The translations under genes and the position numbers were made by a program. A model generated the notes under the pieces. The model was not told the origin of the DNA, searched no databases, and saw nothing but the letters and a program-made list of their open reading frames with translations. A stretch of 63,862 nucleotides of DNA, filler included, from Octopus bimaculoides (lineage: Eukaryota), in the NCBI RefSeq assembly GCF_001194135.2. It is 7 parts of 7 records of this genome, joined end to end, with 100 filler letters (N's around TTAATTAATTAA, not from the genome) between each part and the next. Parts side by side here need not be neighbours in the genome. Positions count along the whole stretch, not along the records: positions 53,527 to 56,756 come from NC_068989.1; positions 56,857 to 62,196 come from NC_068987.1; positions 62,297 to 63,862 come from NW_026429049.1; 4 more parts are not named here. One strand, 5' to 3'. Below are positions 54,782 through 63,862 of this stretch, piece by piece. How positions within the stretch are numbered: the first letter of the stretch is position 1; each line of letters starts with the position of its first letter.

Positions 54782-55974
54782 TTGAAATTATTGTAATTTC
54801 GTGTTTTCTTAAGATTTTAGTCCATGTTGTGTGTGGAAAAATTTATAAAGAATGATTTAACAAGTAGAAAAATCTAAGGAGAGGTAATTGGTGATCGTTA
54901 TTATTGGAGACAGGGGAGGTAAATGTTCATCTTTCGGGGACGGGATATATAAATATACACAAAATCTCAAAAGCTAAAGTAGTGAGATGAAATATGTACA
55001 ATGGTGGATTTGTGATCATGAATTAAAATATATACTGAGATCAAAGTTGATAGTGCGTTCATATTTAGACGTGTTCTGTATTTTTCGATAAACAAATTTT
55101 ATTTATTTAAACATTCTTATATAGAAATTGTTTCTTTGCACTGATAGATGATGGGTATTACCTGCACATCTCTCTATGTGTTCACTCAAAGGAATCTGTC
55201 TGTATTGCGGAAACTGGATCTGTTCCTCGTGTAGTATGGTTCTCCCTCTCAGTATCCTACTTGTCTGTCCTGTATAGTTATGTCCACAACCTGAGCAAGT
55301 TATAACATAAATTAGATTATCAGAAGCACAAGTGAATTGGTTTTAATTGTAAACCTCTCCGAGCCTTCCAATAGGTTAGGGTATTTTCCACATTTTTAAC
55401 CATTGATTTCGTGGTTGTTGTGTGGCATTTGTTAGAAGTCTTTTTAGCGACTTGTGTTGCTTTTTGCATTTGATGAATTTATGAATTTTCAGAATGTTGT
55501 TCATTTTTGGATCTCTAGTGAGCATAGGTAAATTTTGTACAATAGTGTTTATGCCTCATTGTTTCTAGGATTGTGAGTTGATATATACAATAGTGTTTTG
55601 AGATGAGGTGTGGTGTTACGTTTTGTTGCCCGTAGTGTTTTAATGTTTAATATCCTAGCACGCTTAATTCCATCGTCTATAAGTGAGGGTGGATATTGTT
55701 TTTCAGTTAGTGTTGTTTTGAAGTCTTGAAGACGAAGGTCCCGAATATTTCTGTCACACACTATTTTTCAAATTCTTTTGGCTAAATTAAAGGGGATATT
55801 TCTTTTGATGTGTTCCTGGTGACATGAGCTAAACAGGAGATATTGCTTCGACTCAGTTGGTTGATGATGAATGTCAGTTATAATTTAGTTGTTGACTTTT
55901 TTATGATAATATCCACGAAAAGGAGCTGTTCTTTGCTATATTCCATTGTGAATTGAATGTTAGGGTTTATATTA
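54749..55974 (-). mobile_element. Penelope-like retroelement: RT C-terminus, GIY-YIG endonuclease and 3' UTR with hammerhead-like motif
   Basis: NINPNIQFTMEYSKEQL.F.DIIIK; KQYPPSLIDDGIKRA; YISTHNPRN; NLIYVITCSGCGHNYTGQT...LSEHIERCA. Frameshifted and continues into a gap. Confidence 0.9.
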
Positions 55975-56074
55975 NNNNNNNNNNNNNNNNNNNNNNNNNN
56001 NNNNNNNNNNNNNNNNNNNNNNNNNNNNNNNNNNNNNNNNNNNNNNNNNNNNNNNNNNNNNNNNNNNNNNNNNN

Positions 56075-56110
<36 letters not shown>

Positions 56111-56975
56111 TATATACACACACAACCGACACATGCATATACATATTCACATATGCATAAATATAACATACAAGTATGTATTTGTGCGCGTGTGTATACG
56201 TGTGCATACTTATTCAAAACACGTTTTAATGCGAAGCTTACAGATACGCCCTCACCTAAGAACACATTCGCACACATACACGCCAACACGCATACACGCC
56301 AACACGCACGCACGCACGTATCAAACCCACCATCACACACTGGCACGCACTCACACGCACGAAAAACCGACAAACAGACAGACAGACAGACGAGTACGTT
56401 CTTTACTAAAACCGTGGTTTATTCACTCTACTTTAAAATAATACCAATCAAATCACTAGTTTCTATCCAAGTTGAACTCAATAACATCTATTTTTTTTTC
56501 TCTTATTTCTCCTCCCCTTCAACTTTCCTTCTCCTCCACCTCCTCCTCCTTATTCGTCTTCACCTTCTTTTTCTATATTCTCTTCATTTCTTTTATTTTA
56601 TTCTTGCTTTTTTATTTGTCTTTTTGTTGTATTTTTATCAGCTTTTTGTTTCTTGTTTCTTTCTTTTAAATACTGTTCTACTCTGTTTGCCTCAGTTAAA
56701 CTCACTTTCCACCCATCTTTTGTGTTTCTTGTCATGCTTTTCTTCATCTTCCTCTCNNNNNNNNNNNNNNNNNNNNNNNNNNNNNNNNNNNNNNNNNNNN
56801 TTAATTAATTAANNNNNNNNNNNNNNNNNNNNNNNNNNNNNNNNNNNNNNNNNNNNTAACATTGCTTGTTTTCACTTTTTCGATATCAGTGAATAATTTC
56901 ACTGGAAAAAGTTATATATATTTGCCAAGGGATGTCTTTTGCATCGAAGGGAATGTATGGGAACCATCTTAAACG

Positions 56976-57100
56976 TAAGACATTATGACCGAGTATGATA
57001 ACTATAGTTGGTAGCGTCCTAATCTCCAACGTTTTTTTTCAAATGAATTACGTTATAACCTTCTCCAACTATAGTTATCATACTCGGTCATAATGTCTTA
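56976..57100. repeat. Perfect 36-bp inverted repeat with a 53-bp spacer
   Basis: taagacattatgaccgagtatgataactatagttgg and its exact reverse complement at 57065-57100. Confidence 0.92.
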
Positions 57101-57107
57101 TATATAT

Positions 57108-57590
57108 ATCATCGTTTAACGTCTGCTTTCCATGCTAGCATGGGTTGGACGATTTGACTGAGGACTGGTGAACCAGATGGCTACACCAGGCTCCAATCTG
57201 ATCTAGTAGAGTTTCTACAGCTGGATGCCATTCCTAACGTCAACTACTCCGAGAGTGTAGTGGGTACTTTTACGTGCCACCGACACGAGGGCCAGTCACG
57301 CGGTACTGGCAACGGCCACGCTCAAAATGATGTTTTTTACGTGCCACCTGCACAGGAGCCAGTCCAGCGACACTGGCAACGACCTCGCTCGAATGTTTCC
57401 TGACGTGCCAGTAAGGCGACCCTGGTAACCCTAACCCTAGCCCTCACTCTCAAATGGTGCTATTTACGTCGCACTGTCACGGAAGCCAGACAGCTGCTCT
57501 GGCAATGATCACGCTCGGATGGTGCTGATAGTGCTCCACTGGCACAGGTGCCAGTCATCGGATATTGTTCAAGAGGGATGTGATGGTGTA
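57108..57590 (-). mobile_element. Probable RTE-type LINE 3' UTR fragment
   Basis: Begins at a short (ATC) tail 'atcatcgtttaacgtctgctttccatgc', with repeated 'tacgtgccacc...cactggcaacg' units. The family assignment is an inference. Confidence 0.6.
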
Positions 57591-58811
57591 AAAGAGGCAG
57601 GGAAAAGATTTGGATGTGAGAGAAATAGGAAAATTAACCACCTTCTTTCATGTAAGAATAAATCAAATACAGTTCTCTCCCTTATCTATAAACCAGGAGT
57701 TACTTCCCTTAGAAAACTTGTTACGGTATTACATATCGAAAACGCGTTCGCATGAACAGACAATCCCATAAAGTCTGAGACATTGTCTGTCTATGTGAGC
57801 GCGCGAGCCGATATGCGCGTAAGAAAGTGTGTGTGCTTGCGTGTGTGTGTGTGTGTGTGTCTGTGCTTTGTATAAACAGAAAAGTGAAAAGGAATAGAAT
57901 AGCAGTTTGTAAGGGAAATAACTCCTGTATGCTGATATAAGGGAGATAAATCTTAAAACCATTGCGGTCAGTCCATTTCAAATGAATTTATAATTGAAAG
58001 CGGCGAACGAGCAGAATTGTTAAAGCGTTCGGCAAAATACTTAGAGGGATTTTTTCCTGTGCTTTATTTTCTGAATTCAGTTCCCACCGAGGTCAGCTCT
58101 TCATCGACCATATGTTCATCTCGTTTTCTTGTTTATAAATTTTTTTTTTCTAATTATTGATGCATTCCATAAAATTTTCAATTCTCAACCGAAAATAACA
58201 TTTTCAAGAGATCTTATGTTCTTATATATTTCTAAGAAAATTTTAAAAATAAATAAATAAATAAAACCTAGCGAACGCGCCCCCTCCCCGAGGTTTAGAA
58301 TTGTGGCACCATGAAGTATCCCTGTCAATAATATTCGAAAACTATATCCGTCTTCGTTTTCGATCTTTTTCTTAGAATATATCAATGTAAAATTGATGAA
58401 TGTCATGGCGAAAAAAATAGAGATTGAAATAGTGCCAGAGTCCCTGAGTGCTTAATCAACAGCGATCTCAGCTGAGGTGGCATTGTCATGGAGGGTGGTG
58501 GGCAACAATAAGTTCTATGGGATTCGTAGAATGGGCTTTAGGTTACTCAGAATTTTCTGACACGGAAATGGAGATTTTTATCATCTTATTCTTTTACTGT
58601 CATATGGTATCACCTGGAGAATTCTTACTTTCTGTTGTTTTGTTGTCTCCCAATTCATAATATTTTATCGTGAAAAGTCTGGTAGCTCAGATGACACCAA
58701 CAAAATAGCGAAATGGCATGGGAAACCGTCTCAAAGCACTAAGATTCTCTTACCTCCAACGCTACCTTCAGCGTGAAATTATTCGTGCAATTAGAAAATT
58801 ACTATTTTTAA

Positions 58812-58925
58812 ATCTCTCAGTGAGAGATATTCAGCAACAGTACTTTGTAGTAAAGATTGTTTACCAACATAACATGGCAGTCCTAATTTAGGACGAATGT
58901 TGCTGCAACTTAGCTCCGGGAGACA
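58812..58925 (+). repeat. Short dispersed repeat with an inverted copy at about 63670-63787
   Basis: Shared 'ca(a/t)taacatggcagtcct' and 'attcag(c/t)aacagta' sequences. Confidence 0.7.
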
Positions 58926-59164
58926 TATACAACAATATATTTTATATATAGATTTTTTATATTTTTATTTTGTATATAGTATATACAACAATATATTTTA
59001 CGAATATGTTACATATTGGGAGTCGATGTAAAGTAAAGTAATATGAAAGTTACGCAGAGATAGGTGTAACAGGCAAACGGAGTCGATTTGAGAGAGAGGT
59101 GGGGGAGAGAAATTCACAGTTTATAAGGAATAAAGAGTAAAAGTAGTTAGAATGATATATATTT

Positions 59165-59370
59165 CTTTATTGCCCACAGGGGGCTAAACATAGAGGGGAC
59201 AAACAAGGAGAGACAAAGGGATTAAGTCGATTACATCGACTTCAGTGCATAACTGGTATTTATCTAGTCGACCTTGAAAGGACGAAGGGCAAAGTCGACC
59301 TCTGCGGAATGTGAACTCAGAACGTAACGACAGACGAAATACCGCTAAGCATTTCGCCCGACGTGCTAAC
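59165..59370 (-). mobile_element. SINE family C, near full length
   Basis: Reverse complement of 6557-6790. Confidence 0.88.
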
Positions 59371-59458
59371 TCTTTATTCTTCCACTTTATTCTTTATAAA
59401 CTGTGAATTTGATTCCTTGTGAACTGTAAATTTTCCCCATCTCGAGTTTTCATACCTT

Positions 59459-59534
59459 GTCTCTGATGACGGTATGTCCAGTGTGTGGACTGGCTAACCT
59501 ATCACTTGAGTTATCCCAGAAACAGCTGTAAGAC
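59459..59534 (+). ncRNA. Type I hammerhead ribozyme candidate with an intact catalytic core
   Basis: gtct-CTGATGA-[49 nt helix II region]-GAAA-cagctg-TA-agac. Helix I is gtct/agac, helix III is the palindrome ACAGCTGT, and the predicted cleavage is after GUA (59530). Confidence 0.7.
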
Positions 59535-59769
59535 TTCAAATTCACCTTCCTCTAATTAAATAATTCTAAATGATTTGAGGTATTCGTTCTGCGATGGTTT
59601 TGATTTTTCTTCTAATATAACATCTACCTGCTATAACGGAATCCTAATACGGATCCTTAAATCCAGCTTCGGCTGTGAACTTGGAACCTAACTTAAGACC
59701 AACTTATAACACTTACTCAGCAGCGTACCTATTCGTTTAGATTACCAGTGAACCAAACCTCTCATATTC

Positions 59770-59980
59770 TGTCTGTCTGTCTGCCCCTCCCCCACGACCG
59801 CGTGACAAACGGTGTTGGTGTGACGACGTCTCCATAAATTTGCGGTTCGGCAAAAGACACCGACGGAATAAGTACTAGGCTTACAAAGAATAAGTCCTGG
59901 GGTCGATTTGTTCGACTAAAAGTGGTGCCCCAGCATGGCCTCTGTAAAATGACTGAAACGTGTAAAAGACTAAAAGAGTA
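59770..59980 (+). mobile_element. SINE family B body and tail
   Basis: gcggttcggcaaaagacaccgacggaataagtactaggcttacaaagaataagtcctggggtcgatttg. Confidence 0.85.
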
Positions 59981-61047
59981 ATATATATTCCTTTTTGCTT
60001 TTATTCCTATTTCTACATTGCTCACAAGGAGCTAAACATAGAGGGGACAAACAAGGTCTGACGAAGGGATTAAGTCGATTACATCGACCCCAGTACACAA
60101 NNNNNNNNNNNNNNNNNNNNNNNNNNNNNNNNNNNNNNNNNNNNNNNNNNNNNNNNNNNNNNNNNNNNNNNNNNNNNNNNNNNNNNNNNNNNNNNNNNNN
60201 NNNNNNNNNNNNNNNNNNNNNNNNNNNNNNNNNNNNNNNNNNNNNNNNNNNNNNNNNNNNNNNNNNNNNNNNNNNNNNNNNNNNNNNNNNNNNNNNNNNN
60301 NNNNNNNNNNNNNNNNNNNNNNNNNNNNNNNNNNNNNNNNNNNNNNNNNNNNNNNNNNNNNNNNNNNNNNNNNNNNNNNNNNNNNNNNNNNNNNNNNNNN
60401 NNNNNNNNNNNNNNNNNNNNNNNNNNNNNNNNNNNNNNNNNNNNNNNNNNNNNNNNNNNNNNNNNNNNNNNNNNNNNNNNNNNNNNNNNNNNNNNNNNNN
60501 NNNNNNNNNNNNNNNNNNNNNNNNNNNNNNNNNNNNNNNNNNNNNNNNNNNNNNNNNNNNNNNNNNNNNNNNNNNNNNNNNNNNNNNNNNNNNNNNNNNN
60601 NNNNNNNNNNNNNNNNNNNNNNNNNNNNNNNNNNNNNNNNNNNNNNNNNNNNNNNNNNNNNNNNNNNNNNNNNNNNNNNNNNNNNNNNNNNNNNNNNNNN
60701 NNNNNNNNNNNNNNNNNNNNNNNNNNNNNNNNNNNNNNNNNNNNNNNNNNNNNNNNNNNNNNNNNNNNNNNNNNNNNNNNNNNNNNNNNNNNNNNNNNNN
60801 NNNNNNNNNNNNNNNNNNNNNNNNNNNNNNNNNNNNNNNNNNNNNNNNNNNNNNNNNNNNNNNNNNNNNNNNNNNNNNNNNNNNNNNNNNNNNNNNNNNN
60901 NNNNNNNNNNNNNNNNNNNTATATATATATATATATATATATTAATATATATATATATAGTTTGAATTTACAAAAAACAAAAAACGAAGACAGATGCATG
61001 AACAATAAGCAGGTGTATTAGTTTGACGCTCGGGAAGGTGAGAAAGT

Positions 61048-61083
61048 CTTTTACGTTTCGACCCTACGCTCTTTATCAGAAAG
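61048..61083 (-). ncRNA. Degenerate hammerhead motif, same family as 4702
   Basis: Reverse complement reads cttt-CTGATAA-a-gagc-gtag-ggtc-GAAAC-GTA-aaag. Confidence 0.55.
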
Positions 61084-61129
61084 GAACACAAGGAAATAAA
61101 CAGAGAGAAAATAAAAGAAAAGTTTTGGA

Positions 61130-61265
61130 TATCAGAAGCTTGCTTCCCAGCCACATGATTCCGTGTTCAGTCCCACTGCGTGGCACCTTGCGAAAATGTC
61201 TGCTAGTATAGCTTCGGGTAACCAAAGCCTTGTGAGTGGATTTGGTAGACGGATACACGGAGTCA
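61130..61265 (+). mobile_element. SINE family B head
   Basis: agaagcttgcttcccagccacatgattccgtgttcagtcccactgcgtggcaccttg. Confidence 0.8.
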
Positions 61266-61636
61266 AATGTGTGAAACAAATAAAAGAATTTGTACATGGG
61301 TATATGGAGTGTGAGAGAGAGAAAAAGAGAGACAGAAGATTCTCAGAGTTGCCTCCCTTGTTGTACTGTCAAAGTCTGCCAAGTAAAGAGCTAACAGTTT
61401 CTTGTGTTCAATTCTATTCTCAATATTTCACTTGTTAGATTTTAGAAGAAGAATTCACTGTAAATATATTTCTTTAATCCAATTTGTTTTTTTTATTTTA
61501 TTTGAGATAACGTTAACATATTTTGTAACAAATTAAACCCACATAATTTTAGAGTTTAATAATTGATAGAAAGAGTTACATCTCTTCGAATTTTATTCTT
61601 TCTCTGTCGCTTTGCCTCTGTTTTTGTCTGTGTGCC

Positions 61637-61682
<46 letters not shown>

Positions 61683-61882
61683 NNNNNNNNNNNNNNNNNN
61701 NNNNNNNNNNNNNNNNNNNNNNNNNNTTCTCTCTCTCTCTCTCTATCTATCTATCTATTTATCGATCTATTTTTGTCTCCATCTCTGTTTCTATTCCTGT
61801 CTCTCCCTTTCTCTCTCATTCGCTGTCTGTCTGTCTGTCTGTCTGTTTATCTCTCTCTTTGTCTGTCTCTCTCCCTTTCTTA

Positions 61883-61917
<35 letters not shown>

Positions 61918-62089
61918 CCTTTCTTTCAATTCTTTTACTTTCTGTCTATCTCCATTGGCTTCTTTCCTTTCTAGGCTCATCCGATTCATCACCTGTACAT
62001 TGTATATTAGCGCTTTTTGTCTCGTCTCTATGTACGCGTATAAGTAGGTATTTATACAGGGGTTCATCATGCGCCAATACACACACGCT

Positions 62090-62120
<31 letters not shown>

Positions 62121-62124
62121 ACAA

Positions 62125-62168
<44 letters not shown>

Positions 62169-62315
62169 ACGTATACACACACACACACACACACACNNNN
62201 NNNNNNNNNNNNNNNNNNNNNNNNNNNNNNNNNNNNNNNNTTAATTAATTAANNNNNNNNNNNNNNNNNNNNNNNNNNNNNNNNNNNNNNNNNNNNAAAC
62301 AGATGGATTGGTATG

Positions 62316-62346
<31 letters not shown>

Positions 62347-63511
62347 TTAAACAAATCGATAGGTACACAGATGGATTGGAATGTAGATAGATTGATATGT
62401 AGGTAGGTTGGTTGATAGGTAGAAATATAGGTGAGTATGTAGGCAATTAAATGGGTAAATACCTAAATAGATATTGAGATGAAATGAGAGATGGATAAGT
62501 GGATAGGCAAATATATTTGGATACATAAGTAAGTGGGTAGATAGATAAATATATGTTGATGGTTTGAAAGGTATGGAAGTAGACAGATATCTGGATAGAT
62601 ATTTGAATGGGTAGGTGGGTAAATATGAAGGTAGATATTTAGATGGCTTGATAAATATATAGGCAAGTAGATGTTGAAATAGAAAGATGGAGATATAGGT
62701 AGATAGATTGAGAGATATTGAGATAGATCTATAGGGTTCTAGATATTTTGATAATTAGATAGGTTGGTAGAAGGATAGATATTTAGATTGATAGTTTGGT
62801 AGTGGAATTGACTAATAGATAGATATTCAGATATGCAGAGAAATGGTTAGATAAACGAATGGATGGTAGGTAGAGAAACAGTTAGATAAATATAATTAGA
62901 TATGCAAATAAATATAGTTAGATATATAGATAAATAGATAGATAGTTAGGTATATTGATCGATAGATATTTAGCTATATTGATTGATAGATAGACATATA
63001 GATAGAAATATATCTTATTTTATCATCAAAGAAAATAAGAATGAAGAGAAAAAAAGAGAAATAGAATTATGTACTTATGTCAGTCAGTTGTGAAATAAAT
63101 GGGGCAATTATTTGATCGTTGGTTGATTAACCTTGTTGAGTTTAGATTAACGAATTTGTGTGACATTTGAATTTAGAACAGAAAGGGATGTAACTAAATA
63201 CACAAAACATTTTGTCTGACATTCTCTTTGAATCCACCTCACCCCAACCTCATCTTGTCTCACCACCACCGTCATCATCATTGTTGTCAGCAGCAACAGT
63301 AGCAGCAGCAGCAGCACCACCACCACCACCATGAGCATTATTGTTATCATCACCATTACCCCCTCCACCATCATCACTGTCATCATTATCATCACTACCA
63401 CCACCACTATCATTTTCTCCACCATTCTACTGTCGTAAGAAGTCTTCAGAAGATTTTTTTACAGAAAGCAAGGCAGTCCATTCCCTATGATTATTATTAT
63501 TATTATTATTA

Positions 63512-63660
63512 TTATTATTGGGGCACTTGGAATGATATCAAAAAGATCAAACAATCAAAAATAGCAAACAAGTATGTAGACCAAATCTCTGGCAGCTTCA
63601 AAATAAGTGAATTAGAAAAGATCGAAAATATAGGGACACAGATAGTGTGTCATATAGCCA
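63512..63660 (+). mobile_element. R4/Dong-type LINE 3' scrap
   Basis: IIGALGMISK...KYVDQISGSFKISELEKI; same motif class as 33400-33640. Confidence 0.6.
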
Positions 63661-63789
63661 GGTGGAGATGATGTTTCCTGAGGCTAAATAGCAGTAACAT
63701 TTATCCTAACCAGGACTGCCATGTTATATTGGCAAATAATCTTTATTCCAAAATACTGTTACTGAATGTCTCTCGTTGAGAGATTTACA

Positions 63790-63862
63790 ATAGTGGTTAA
63801 GAGTGTGGGCTGCTAATCCCAAGATTCCAAGTTCGATTCCAGGCAGTGACCTGAATAATAAT
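63790..63862 (+). mobile_element. Short tRNA(Ser-like)-derived SINE with an (AAT) tail, not a tRNA gene
   Basis: tagtggttaagagtgtgggctgctaatccc...gttcgattcc followed by gaataataat; no acceptor stem is apparent. Confidence 0.65.

Noticed and set aside
57426-57445. aaccctaaccctagccct telomere-like repeat
   Set aside because: Only about 3 imperfect units inside a LINE 3' fragment; not a meaningful interstitial telomere.

Overview
AT-rich, microsatellite-saturated animal genomic DNA from a gapped draft assembly. It is most likely a coleoid cephalopod (Octopus-like); this is inferred from the repeat landscape and not proven. No complete protein-coding gene is present, and the long ORFs in the track are artefacts of N-gaps and microsatellites. 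The window reads as intron/intergenic sequence built from: at least three tRNA-derived SINE families; decayed mariner and Tc1 transposases; several foldback/MITE elements; the 5' part of a Helitron; a Penelope-like (RT + GIY-YIG) retroelement; and RTE, R4/Dong-type and APE-type LINE scraps. One well-formed plus-strand internal exon candidate (23808-23923) and one 15-nt microexon candidate suggest a host gene that cannot be identified. The most striking unexplained layer is about nine minimal type I hammerhead-ribozyme-like motifs from several unrelated sequence families. Many have a palindromic helix III, a feature of Penelope-associated dimeric hammerheads. One (59459-59534) retains every catalytic core nucleotide. 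All alignments and foldings were done by eye.
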